A stretch of 64,000 nucleotides of DNA from Candidatus Latescibacterota bacterium (GCA_965198115.1 OZ240241.1:7488001-7552000); one strand, 5' to 3'; counted from the first letter of the stretch, positions 21,605 to 32,355 are shown. The notes: a model not told the origin generated them from the sequence alone. Translations and numbers: made by a program.

Positions 21605-22025
21605 GGAGACGACTCTCCCCTCGGTTGTAGGATCCCTGGAATACCGCCGCCGATTGGCTCATTCATTCGCTGATGCTCATCGTGGGCACGGCTAGGGCAG
21701 GTGCATTTAGATATGCAGGGAAGGCCTTCCCTCGATAGACCTCTCTCATCTTCTGGCGTATCGTGTCATGTGCCAACCCTCCCACATTCGGGTTAAACAG
21801 AGGTGGCTTCCCACCTAGTCCCGGTACCACATCGACCCGCTTCTCTGCCGGTACGGTTTCGATCGATTGCCGCAGATCACCTGGGCCGGGCTTAGGACCC
21901 CACCGGCCTCGGGGAGAGCATGTAGTTAAAAGATTCATATGTAGTAAAAAATGGGAATTACATATCAAAGTTACCAACCGCGACCGGGGAAAGGGAATCC
22001 AGCGGTTTAAGGGTCAAACATTGAC

Positions 22026-22055
22026 TTGACTTTGTATACCTTGATGGTATACAAT
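22026..22055 (+). promoter_or_regulatory. Sigma70-like promoter overlapped by a perfect 9-5-9 palindromic operator
   Basis: TTGACT (22026-22031), 18 bp, TACAAT (22050-22055); TTGTATACC-ttgat-GGTATACAA at 22032-22054. Confidence 0.6.
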
Positions 22056-22459
22056 TTCTCCCGGCAAGCCAATTGTTGCTATTTATAAGCAGTCAAGGGC
22101 GAACTCTTAGCGGAGGAAGGGACCACAAATGGACTGGAGAAATCCGTCGGTTGTTTACGCCATTGTCTGCCTTTGCTGCCATAAAATTAGAGGGGGGATC
22201 ACATGGTAGATCGCATACTGGCCTACCGTCCTCATGTGCGTCAGGCCGCAGCACGAAATGTCGGCCCGTTTGTTGATGTAATCGACGCCGTACTCGAACT
22301 CGGTGCGTACGAAAAGCTGTGGTCCGCACATAACGCGACTTTTAAGTCTATTGCTGAAATATTTGCGAAGCATCCTAATTCTCGTTCGTCCGATTTCGTA
22401 GAAGAAAAATGAAGCACGCAAAATCGGCCAACGTGTTGTAGCTAAGTTGCGCCAGCGAG

Positions 22460-23833
22460 GAGTTCAGGTCAATAGGTGTGTAAAAGAAATCAGGCGGCCA
22501 TCTTCCCGGCTTCGACCTGCGGTCCGGTTGAGTGTTTCTGATCGTAGACTTGTTGTAGCAAGTGTGGCGCGGTGAGTTTCCTGAATCGGCTCTCTGCGAC
22601 CTTGAGCGTACGCCAGATGAGAGCCGTGGCGTTCCTGACTTTCTTGAATCGCCTGGCGGCGTTTGTGCGAAGCCGAACGGAAGCAAAGGGGCTCTCGACG
22701 ACGTTCGTGGTTCTCAGGTGTTTCCAGTGTTCCTTCGGGAAGTCGTAGAACGTGACCATCCGATCCCAGTCTCTTTCGAGCGTCTCCACGGCGGCAGGGA
22801 ACTGTGAGCGATACCGTGCGGCAAAGCGTTTCCGGAGCTTCTCGGCCTCCTTTTTCGTGCCGGCATAGGGGATCTGGACGAGCAGTGCGCGGGCTTCAGC
22901 CTGTGCACGCTTGGCGACCTTGTCGAGCACGTTGAGGATCTTGTGGTTCCAGCACCGTTGTTGCCGGCTCTCTGGCCAGACCTGATCAACGGCCGCCCAG
23001 ATGCCCATATTCCCGTCCGCGGCGATCAGGACAGGATGTTCGAGCCCGCGATCCCGGAGATCCCGTAGCACCGTGAGCCAGGATTCTGTAGACTCTCGAT
23101 AACCGGGTTCTATCGCCAGGATCTCCTTGCTGCCGTCGCTCATCGCGCCGATCACGACCAGCAGACACGCCTTCTCGCGCTCGAGCCCGGCTTTGACGTA
23201 GATGCCATCAGCCCAGGCGTAGACCAGTTCGCGATTATCCAGACGCCTTTCTTTCCAGTCCTGGAAGTCGACCTCCCACTTCCCTCGAAGACGAGCGATC
23301 GAGGTCGGCGAAAGCGGCGCGCCATCACCGAGCAGCGCACGCAAAGACAACTCGAAGTCGCCCTGGGAGAGACCGTGGAGATAAAGGTCGGGAAGCAGAT
23401 CTCCAATGGCCCTGGTTCTCCGGGCGAACAGGGGGAGGATGCGGCTTTCAAACCGCTCTTCCAGACCACGAACCCGGGGACGCCGGACCTTGATCGTTCC
23501 GCAGCTCGTCGAGAGACGCCGGGGCTTGCCGTAGCCGTTCCTGTAGCCCGTGGAGCTATCGACCTCGGCTCGGCGCTCATACCACGACCGGCCCAAGAAC
23601 GCGGTCGCCTCCTCCTCCAGAATGGACTGGAACCGGCCCTGGATCTCTTCACGGATCCAATCGTCAACCGTCTCCCACGTCGGCATGGACTTCAATGGGG
23701 CTCTATGCGTATGTTCCTTCACGGCGATCCTCCTTCCCAACCGGGCCTCTCACCCGGTTTTGTGTGAATCAACTATCTCACGGGAAGGGTAGGGTCGCCC
23801 TTTCTCTTTTTCCACACCTTTTGATTATAGCTC
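22460..23833 (-). mobile_element. IS256-family insertion sequence, complete (1374 bp)
   Basis: IRs GAGTTCAGGTCAATAGGTGTGTAAAAGA / GAGCTATAATCAAAAGGTGTGGAAAAAGA; 8-bp TSD CCAGCGAG at 22452-22459 and 23834-23841. Confidence 0.97.
22490..23740 (-). CDS. IS256-family (Mutator-type) transposase
   Basis: YRNGYGKPR, WADGIY, IAADG, QRCWNHK and LRTTNVVES motifs. Confidence 0.96.
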   Translation of the reverse strand: MGRRIAVKEHTHRAPLKSMPTWETVDDWIREEIQGRFQSILEEEATAFLGRSWYERRAEVDSSTGYRNGYGKPRRLSTSCGTIKVRRPRVRGLEERFESRILPLFARRTRAIGDLLPDLYLHGLSQGDFELSLRALLGDGAPLSPTSIARLRGKWEVDFQDWKERRLDNRELVYAWADGIYVKAGLEREKACLLVVIGAMSDGSKEILAIEPGYRESTESWLTVLRDLRDRGLEHPVLIAADGNMGIWAAVDQVWPESRQQRCWNHKILNVLDKVAKRAQAEARALLVQIPYAGTKKEAEKLRKRFAARYRSQFPAAVETLERDWDRMVTFYDFPKEHWKHLRTTNVVESPFASVRLRTNAARRFKKVRNATALIWRTLKVAESRFRKLTAPHLLQQVYDQKHSTGPQVEAGKMAA

Positions 23834-23902
23834 CCAGCGAGTTCGCGGCTGGTTCAATATTCGCTTACGCGGTGATTTCGAATATCCAAAATGCTTACTA
23901 GG

Positions 23903-24657
23903 TGTTACGGCTTACGATAAATTCCCGCCCAGATTACGCTATTCGCATTCTCACGCACCAAGAACTGACGACCGGAGATAAGGGAGGATGAACTCTCTGG
24001 GCGTTCCGATGTAAGACCGCGCCCTTTTCATTTTCCCACACGCGCGAGAAATAGGCTCTCGAACCGCGAAAATAGCGCGTTTCGACCGATTGGGCTCAAG
24101 ACGTGGCCAGGCCAGGTCCCAGCGGGCATAGGGGGGGTGGAAACGGTCAGCTCTCTTTTGGACACCGGTTGAGACTCCACTCTTTCACTAATCCGTCCTA
24201 ATTTTAGTTCCGGAGGGCGCATCGCGGCCGTTGTCGACGAAAGGGGGTTTTTCAGGTGTCGGAAACACTTAAACCAGTGCAAAAACAAGAGCTTGCGTCT
24301 GTCGACAAGGCGGCTTTGAAGGTGCTTCCCGAAAATGGCGAAGCGGGGTAGAAAATCGGCCGTCTCCCTGGCGGTGCTGCCGGTCGTGGACCCGTCGGAG
24401 GTCGAGAGCGTTTCGCGTCCCGATCCCCCGGAATGTGCCAAACGCGTTCGCGTAAAGAAAGGGACATCAGGCGTAGGTCCGACAACCGCTTTTGGCAGTT
24501 GCGCCTTGTAAGTACTCCTATGGCACTATGTCGCATGGCCGCCAGATCTTAGGCGACCCTCATTAGGGAACGGTCTCCACTGTTAACCGTATTGAAACGA
24601 TTCTGCCTATTTTGCGAATAGCTTAAGCCGGGCGGAGAATTATCGCAAGGCGTCACA
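23903..24657. mobile_element. 755-bp non-autonomous mini-transposon with TGT...ACA termini and ~45-bp imperfect terminal inverted repeats
   Basis: Left end TGTTACGGCTTACGATAAATTCCCGCCCAGATTACGCTATTCGCA; right end (reverse complement) TGTGACGCCTTGCGATAATTCTCCGCCCGGCTTAAGCTATTCGCA; both ends coincide exactly with truncation points of the neighbours. Confidence 0.8.
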
Positions 24658-25628
24658 GCATAGGGGATCTGGACGAGCAGTGCGCGGGCTTCAGCCTGTG
24701 CACGCTTGGCGACCTTGTCGAGCACGTTGAGGATCTTGTGGTTCCAGCACCGTTGTTGCCGGCTCTCTGGCCAGACCTGATCAACGGCCGCCCAGATGCC
24801 CATATTCCCGTCCGCGGCGATCAGGACAGGATGTTCGAGCCCGCGATCCCGGAGATCCCGGAGCACCGTGAGCCAGGATTCTGTAGACTCTCGATAACCG
24901 GGTTCTATCGGCAGGATCTCCTTGCTGCCGTCGCTCATCGCGCCGATCACGACCAGCAGACACGCCTTCTCGCGCTCGAGCCCGGCTTTGACGTAGATGC
25001 CATCAGCCCAGGCGTAGACCAGTTCGCGATTATCCAGACGCCTTTCTTTCCAGTCCTGGAAGTCGACCTCCCACTTCCCTCGAAGACGAGCGATCGAGGT
25101 CGGCGAAAGCGGCGCGCCATCACCGAGCAGCGCACGCAAAGACAACTCGAAGTCGCCCTGGGAGAGACCGTGGAGATAAAGGTCGGGAAGCAGATCTCCA
25201 ATGGCCCTGGTTCTCCGGGCGAACAGGGGGAGGATGCGGCTTTCAAACCGCTCTTCCAGACCACGAACCCGGGGACGCCGGACCTTGATCGTTCCGCAGC
25301 TCGTCGAGAGACGCCGGGGCTTGCCGTAGCCGTTCCTGTAGCCCCTGGAGCTATCGACCTCGGCTCGGCGCTCATACCACGACCGGCCCAAGAACGCGGT
25401 CGCCTCCTCCTCCAGAATGGACTGGAACCGGCCCTGGATCTCTTCACGGATCCAATCGTCAACCGTCTCCCACGTCGGCATGGACTTCAATGGGGCTCTA
25501 TGCGTATGTTCCTTCACGGCGATCCTCCTTCCCAACCGGGCCTCTCACCCGGTTTTGTGTGAATCAACTATCTCACGGGAAGGGTAGGGTCGCCCTTTCT
25601 CTTTTTCCACACCTTTTGATTATAGCTC
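24658..25628 (-). mobile_element. IS256 copy truncated by the mini-transposon
   Basis: Near-identical to the complete copy up to ...VQIPYA; one IR intact at 25628. Confidence 0.93.
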
Positions 25629-26323
25629 CGTCTTGGTACAACTTTGATGTTTAAGACTGTCGACAGGGCGAAAGGCTGCCGAGAGTTTACGTGGATTCAC
25701 CCGGTAATCCAAAACCATCTCACCCCCTGGATGGAGATGAATTCGCTCGACACAGGCGTGGATGATGGCCTTGCGCATTCGAAACTGCTTAAGCTGATCC
25801 TCTGAGTACGTTGCCTGCTTGACGAGAAAGGGGGGAACGGTCTCTTCCAATAACGACAAGATTCCATCGCCCGCAAACGTCAGCGCGTGGGCGAGACTAT
25901 CCTTAAGTGCGTCGGCCCCCTCGCGCGCATCCAGCTTGGCAGTTATCTGATGAATCTCTTGATCCAGGTGCGAGCCTTCCCCTTCGATCCTGTCCACTTG
26001 CTTCTGATACCGGATACCCGTCAGCCGCCCGGACACATACGCATCGTCTGCCCTCTCAAGCTGGCCGGTAAGACCGTCCCTCTTCTTTTGCAGCCTTTCG
26101 AGTCGCTGTGCCATCGCCTCTGCGTCACCCGAATCGAACTGCGACTGCCAAATCTGCAAGATTTTCTCGGGCTTCATTAACATCCGATGAACCTGTCTAC
26201 AAACTCGCGTGTTCACATCCGAGATTTTTTGGCTGGGCGCGCTGCACCTCTTACCGAACTGCTCGAATCTGGCGTTGCAGTAGAGGCGTCCGTCGATCAG
26301 ATTCGACCTTTGGCTGTAGATCC
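25629..26323 (-). pseudogene. Large serine recombinase, C-terminal fragment (zinc ribbon and coiled coil)
   Basis: YCNARF...RCS, coiled coil with DAYVSGRLT..RY, and KAIIHACVERIHL motif; catalytic N-terminus absent. Confidence 0.7.
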
Positions 26324-26444
26324 CGCTCGGTAGCTGGGGAGGTTGAGCTCCAGGATCACGCAGTGATGCACGAGACGGTCGATGGCCGCGGCCGTGGTCA
26401 TCTGGTCCTTGAAGATGTGCTCCCACTTGGAGAAGGGCAGGTTG
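26324..26444 (-). pseudogene. istB: IS21 helper ATPase IstB, C-terminal fragment
   Basis: Own translation: NLPFSKWEHIFKDQMTTAAAIDRLVHHCVILELNLPSYR. Confidence 0.85.
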
Positions 26445-28912
26445 TGTCCTTACTTCGGGGAGATCGTCGGGCACGATCCCTACCCGTGGCAGCGGTGCTT
26501 GTATAGAACGTTTGTCGAAGGGAGTGTCCCCAAAGCCTTGGACATCCCGACCGGCCTGGGCAAGACCCTCTGCGTACTTCTCTTCCTGCTCGCACGGGTC
26601 CGGAATACTGCACTCCCCACGCGGGTCATTTACATCGTCGACAGACGCGCCATCGTAGATCAGACGGCGACCGCAATCCGGACATGGATTGAACGCATTG
26701 CCGAGTTGCCAGAACTCGCGGGTGTGCTCGACGCGAGTTCGGCATTTTCGTCCGATCTTCCCGTCCAGCTCGGCATTCTGCGGGGCGGCTTAGCGGACGA
26801 TGGGGAGTGGCGAATCGATCCGGCCAGACCGGCGGTCGTGGTCGGCACTGTCGATATGATCGGTTCCCTCCTGATGTTCTCAGGTTACGGTGACGGACGA
26901 TCACGCCGGCCGATGCACGCGGGACTTCTTTGCCACGACAGCCTCGTCATGCTGGACGAAGCCCATTTGTCACCGGCGATGGGGGTACTCATCCACACCA
27001 TCAATCGGCTCCAAGGCCACCGGAAGTTCCAGACCATGACGCTGTCGGCGACGAGCACCGATATCGATACCGAGAGCGTGTTTCAACTCCTTGTCGAGGA
27101 CAAGGCCAATCCTTCAGTTCGTAGTCGCCTTCACTCGGTCAAGAGACAGAGTCTCCATCAGGTCGAGAAAACCACTGATCGGATCGGTCGCATTTGCGAG
27201 GTGGCCACCGCTCATGAATCTGGCTCCGTCGCGGTGTTTACCCGAAGTGTCGCGGATGCCGAGAAGATTGCCGTGAAGCTGATCAGTATGCTCGACGATG
27301 GCTCCGAGCGCGTCGCACTACTGACGGGGACGCTCCGCGGAAAAGAACGCGCCGAGCTGGCAAATGGAACGGTCTGGCGGAGCTTCCTTCCGAATCGGGA
27401 CCGTGACGCGAGTACAGCCTCCGTCTACCTCGTGATGACCTCGGCCGGCGAAGTCGGAGTCGATCTGGATGCCGATCACGGTGTCATGGATCTCAGCACT
27501 CTCGATTCGATGATTCAGCGCGTTGGCCGAGTGAACCGGATGGGCCTGACTGAGGCGGACGTTGCGGTCGTCTTCACGGGGCAAGAGGCGCGGGAGTCAC
27601 CGCAAGCGCCGAAGATGCACACCCGAAGACTTGCTGCGGCTCGTACGAAAACACTGGAAGAACTTCGGCGGCTTCCCGACCTTTCTCCAGCGACTCTGGG
27701 AGGCCTCGACAAGCAAGTCCTTGAAGAGTGCTTCGTGCCGCCTTCCCGGCCCGCGCGACTGCACTCGGAAGTGGTCGAGGCATTCGCGGCGACGTCCGCG
27801 ACACTGCAGCTCCCCCATGTCTCGATCTATCTGCGCGGAGTGTCGGATCAGCCCGACCCGCCAGAGAGTTTCCTCCTCTGGCGCTGGGACGTGCCGCATC
27901 TAGTCCGGCTCGGCAGCGATGCGGCTGCGCAGGCGATCGCTTTCTTCCGGCCGAGCGCCGATGAGGTCGCTCGTGTCCCGGCACGCCTTGCGAGGGACTT
28001 GGTCCTGTCCGCGCTTGAACGTCAAGAGGGGAGGGGCTTCCTCTGATCGTGGTCGAACCGGGAGGCGATGTCTGTGCTATCTTCTTGAAGCGCAAGGACG
28101 AACTCTCTTCGCTCAACTACGCGACTGTTGTTCTGCCAACTGCCGCCGGAGGTCTGGAACCCTCTGGCCTCCCCTCGAATTCTGCGAGGGACGAGGTCTC
28201 CGACGTAGGCGACAGTGATGCTCGGGTTCGTTATGTGAACGCCAGTAGTGCTGGGGATGTCGACGGCGAGGAGAGTGAACAGGCACTTCCAGCTTGGTTG
28301 GATCAGGCCACCGAGCTTCGGGTTCCGTTGCATGGCGTCAATGAAGACGACGTCGAGGAACGTTTTCTGGTCTACGCACTCCGCCGTTCCGATCCAGCAC
28401 TCCAAACCACTGAGAGCGATCTGGCCTGGCTCGGGGCCTCTATCCAGACCGTGGACGAGCACTGCGCTCTTGTCGGCGACGCCGCTCGACGGATCGGCGA
28501 GGCGCTCTCACTCCCCGATCATGAAATTGATGCATTGGAAGCAGCCGGACGCTGGCATGACCGCGGAAAGGCGAGGAGGGTGTGGCAACGGGCTGCCGGA
28601 GTTCCCGCCAATGGTCCCCTTCTGGTGAAACCGAGGAAGGGGTATTTCCGTCCGGCGTTGCTCGGCGGTTATCGCCATGAGTTCGGCTCTCTCGCCGAAG
28701 CGGCGCGGAAGATCCCGAACAAATCGCCCAATCGCGAGCTCGTCTTGCACCTGATCGCCTCGCACCACGGCTGGGCACGGCCAGGCTTTCCCCAGTCTCG
28801 ACAGTGGGACCCGGATGTTCCCTCCGCGTTGAACCGACGGCTCGCCATCGAGGCAGCGAACCGCTTTGCAAGCCTTCAGGCCGAGTATGGGCCGTGGCGA
28901 CTCGCATGGTTA
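26445..28912 (+). pseudogene. cas3: Type I-G (I-U) CRISPR-associated helicase/nuclease Cas3 with C-terminal HD domain; start lost, frameshift near 28040, C-terminus cut by ISAzo13
   Basis: PYPWQ, DIPTGLGKT, YIVDRRAIVDQ, DPARPAVVVGTVDMIGS.L.FSGYG, LDEAHL, TSAGEVGVDLDAD, QRVGRVNR; HD part WHDRGKA, YRHEFGS, HLIASHHG, YGPWRLAWL. Confidence 0.92.
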
Positions 28913-28930
28913 GGGTTCGCGAATAAATAA

Positions 28931-30350
28931 GGCTATATCCGGATCTCTCAACGAGCTGAAGTGGGTGAAGGTGCCGTGGTTCCTGGCATGGGGGCGCGGT
29001 TAGCGTGTGCGGAACCTCTTCGGAATCTGCTCAGGGATGTTTAGGTCTCCGACGGTAAGGAAGATCATATCGTTGAATGCGTCGAGTGTGCGGAATCCGC
29101 TGGCTCGGTTCTTGACGATTTGGACGATTCGGTTGAGGCCTTCGGCGATGGCGTTGGTAAGACGCGTGTTCACGAATGCGAGGACGCCGAAGAAGTGCTG
29201 TCGCAGGGTCCTGACGAACTTTCGCAGGGGTTCAAGTCGACTTCTGAGTGCGGACGTCGTCCAGCATTTCAGGAAGCGTTCGGCAGCCCAGGGCGCTTTG
29301 TATTCCCATAACTGCTCGAACTCGTCCTTGAGTCTCCAGGCTCTATAGATTCGGTAGTTCGCCTTCTCCAGTGCTTTGAGTGTCCGAGTATCCCCTCTGG
29401 AGCGTGTCGCTGAGTGCCGGTAGAGGAGCCATCGGAGGCCCTTCATGGCTTTGCGCTCATCCGGGGCAGCTTTACGCCACTGGTCCTTACGGACCTCGTC
29501 AACGGCGGCATTGAGAGCCTTGACGATGTGAAAGCGATCGAGGACCAGCTTGGCATTCGGACAGTGTTCCTGGATGGCTCCGATGTAAGCTTCGCTCATG
29601 TCGCAGCAGGCCCACTCGATCTTGGATCTCTGGTAGGGACTGAGAGCCTCTGTGAAGAACCGATCGATCGTTTTACGCGCCCTGCCGCGGCCAACCCACA
29701 CCACGCAGGAGCGGTCCAGATCGTAAACGAGCGTGGCGTACCTGTGACGCTTGGCGTAGGAGATCTCGTCGATCCCGATGGTTTTGAGCCCTCGGATACG
29801 ATGACCTTCACGAAGCCGCGTGATGGATCGGTGACGGAGATCCGACAGCGTCGAGGCAGAGATGCGCAGTAACTCGGACGCCGCCTTCTGCGTCATGGTC
29901 TGGCAGTAGCGCAGCATGGCATACTCGAAGCGATACGTCACCTGAGAGAACCGCTCCGCCCACGGAATCTCCTCGACCACACGACCGTGGGTAGGACACC
30001 GAATCTCCCGAGGATGGTAGAGAAGCCAGACCCTCCACCCGCACACCGGAATGTCACGCCACCGACGCGGATGGGGCATTGTGCGGACGATTTTACCTCG
30101 ACGGCCGCACTCCGGACAACAACAACCATTCTTATGTGGCTTTACGGCGATGACGAAACAGCTTCTCCCCTCAAACCACCAGCTGACAACACGGAACCCC
30201 TTGAATCTCAGCAGTTTCGATAGTAATCTGCTCCCGGTCATAGGTCGCACCCCCTTCGCTTTGATTGTCCTACACACACAACCAAGCGTAGGGAACGATC
30301 TATGACCTTATCATTCTATAGTTTCACCGTTGAGAAACCCGGATAGAGCC
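28931..30350 (-). mobile_element. ISL3-family insertion sequence, second copy (transposase 29000..30277)
   Basis: Same IRs as 4060-5479; 8-bp TSD ATAAATAA at 28923-28930 and 30351-30358; a few substitutions versus copy 1. Confidence 0.95.
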
Positions 30351-30368
30351 ATAAATAAACGGTCGATC

Positions 30369-31578
30369 TCAATGTTGAGCCATTGGCCGGATCGTGTAGT
30401 TCCAGTCGCCGTGGAAATCGTGCGGAGTGAGATCGATTTGGGTCATCTGTTCATCGGTCACCTTGACCCCGTTAGGGTAGGGTCGCTTGTCGATCTCGGA
30501 GCGTACTCGGAGACCGGCTTGAGTGGTCGTTCCGGCAATGAGATTCACGGTTGCAGCCAGGCTGACCAGGGGCTTGCCTCGCCCAGTTCATAGCGATGAA
30601 GGAGAACAGGCGATGTTCGATCTTGTTCCACTTACTAGTGCCAGGAGGGTAGTGGCATACGGTGATCGTCAGGCCAGTGCGATTCGCAAAGCGCTGCAGC
30701 TCCCACTTCCACAGCCGCGTCTTGGCGCCGTTGCTGCCGCCTGCGTCCGCCGTGATTAGCAGATGCGTCGAAGTGCCGTAGGCGGGCCGTCCCATGTTCT
30801 TCCACCAACTTCGGATCGCATTCACGGCGAAGCTGGCCGTGTCGTGATCGATACCGACACTTACCCAGCCTTCATCACGGCTCAGATCATACACTCCATA
30901 AGGGATCGCCTTGCCCTGAGCAGGCACTATGAAATCGTGTACCTTCACACGCTCCGGGTCTCCCTTGGGTCGCCATTCTCGGCCAGGATTCTTGAAGTCG
31001 CCGATCAACTCTTTCTTCTTGGTGTCCACCGAGATAACGGGAAGGCCCTGCTGCTGCTGCTGGCTAATCCGATCATCGAGGTAAACGAACTGAGCGTCCC
31101 GATCCGGGTGTGCAGATCCCTCCCTTGTCTTCCGATTCGCCTGCAGCGTGTAATCGTGTTCGTGCAGGAGATTGGCAACGATCCTGGGGCTCACCGAATG
31201 CCCCATCGCTTGCAACTCGGCGGCCAGTTTGCGAGTGCTCTTCGATGTCCATCTCAGAGGATTGTCGTCAGGCGACCCCGCAGTCGTTGGCTCGACCAGA
31301 TCATTCAGGTCCTGCCACAGCGTCGGGTCCGTGTCGGCCTTCCGCTTACGACCGCCGCCTGGACGCCGGATGCGAGCCGGGTCCAAAGGTTCGTCCGACC
31401 TCAACTCCTGAATGCCACGAAAGATCCGCTCTCTGGACATTCCTGTCGCCAGAGCCACAATCGCGATCCCACCGTGACCCAACGCTTCGGCTTCCGTGGC
31501 GGCCCACAGACGACGCGTGCGTTCCGTCAGCACCGGAGCCAAGGCTTCATACTTCGTTCGGAGAGTTTCGACGTCCAC
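30369..31578 (-). CDS. ISAzo13-family transposase, +1 frameshift near 30582 (possibly a sequencing error)
   Basis: Identical to 46061..47269 except one extra C (CCTCGCCCAG vs CCTCGCCAG). Confidence 0.88.
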
Positions 31579-31635
31579 ACTCCGAGCGTAAGATCATTAC
31601 CTTGAAAAGTGCAGCACTTATTTCGTGGCAAACCC

Positions 31636-32355
31636 TTGGCAGAGTGGAAGCCCACGTTACCCAGGCCCTGGACGATGACGCGCTTGCCTTCGAGCGTGCC
31701 TTCGAGCCCCGCTCGTTTGACGTCTTCGGGATGACGGAAGAATTCCTGAAGCGCGTAGAAGACACCTCGCCCCGTGGCCTCGACGCGCCCGTCGATGCCA
31801 CCCTGGCTGACGGGCTTGCCCGTCACGCACGCGATCGCGTTGAGGTCGTGGGGGTGCAGCATACGATACACGTCAGCGATCCAGGCCATCTCACGCGTAC
31901 CCGTGCCCATATCGGGCGCCGGCACGTTTTCGCTTGGGCTGATGTATTCCTTCTTGATGAGCTCCTGCGCGAAACGACGGGTGATGCGTTCGAGCTCGAA
32001 TTCATTGTATTCTCGGGGGTCGATGTTGAGGCCCCCATTTGGATCCACCGAAGGGCACGTCGACGATGGCACACTTATAGGACATGAGTGCGGCGAGCGC
32101 TTCGACGTCTTCCTGATCGACCGAGGGCGCAAACCGGATTCCTCCCTTGACCGGGAGACGGTGCTCGCTGTGGACGGCCCGCCAACCGGTGAAGATTCGG
32201 TAGCGGTCGCGGAATTTGACGAAGAAGCGGACCTGGTAGACGTTGTTGTTCGCCTTGATCTGATCTCCCAACCCGGGCGGCAGATCGAGCGTTGCCGCCG
32301 CCTGGTCGAACATGAGGTCGACACTTTCTTTGAAGCTGTGTTCTCTTTTTGCCAT
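31636..32355 (-). pseudogene. Glu/Leu/Phe/Val (glutamate) dehydrogenase, N-terminal half; frameshifted and truncated by ISAzo13
   Basis: GWRAVHSEHRLPVKGGIRF, MSYKCAIVDVPFGGSK, VPAPDMGT, CVTGKP..GGIDGRVEATGRGV and VQGLGNVG motifs. Confidence 0.9.

Larger units (their letters stand above)
22203..23902 (+). pseudogene. DprA-like (ShosA-type) protein N-terminus, interrupted by IS256 and truncated by the TGT...ACA element
   Basis: Removing IS256 plus one TSD copy and one A in an A-run gives LELGAYEKLWSAHNATFKSIAEIFAKHPNSRSSDFVEENEARKIGQRVVAKLRQRVRGWFNIRLRGDFEYPKCL; this resembles defence-associated DprA N-termini as recalled. Confidence 0.5.
28913..31635 (-). mobile_element. ISAzo13-family element with an ISL3 nested in its terminal IR
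   Basis: Ends GGGTTCGCGAATAAATAA...TTATTTCGTGGCAAACCC match the copy at 46033-47326; flanks TTA and TTG do not form a TSD. Confidence 0.92.

Noticed and set aside
21950-21976. GGGAATTACATATCAAAGTTACC as a possible IS1595-like terminus
   Set aside because: No partner IR or transposase found in the window.
23690-23705. CTTCAATGGGGC, resembling the start of type I-G CRISPR repeats, near cas3
   Set aside because: It lies inside the IS256 transposase coding sequence and recurs only with IS copies; there is no repeat-spacer periodicity.
15534-23833. Composite transposon of inverted IS256 copies carrying the BCCT and TonB receptor genes
   Set aside because: The right copy has its own TSD, indicating independent insertion, and the left copy lacks its outer end.
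23903-28912. CRISPR-associated transposon (TGT...ACA ends near a cas gene)
   Set aside because: Both ends enclose only 755 bp and exclude cas3; no tnsB, tnsC, tniQ or Cascade genes are present, and known type I CASTs typically lack Cas3.
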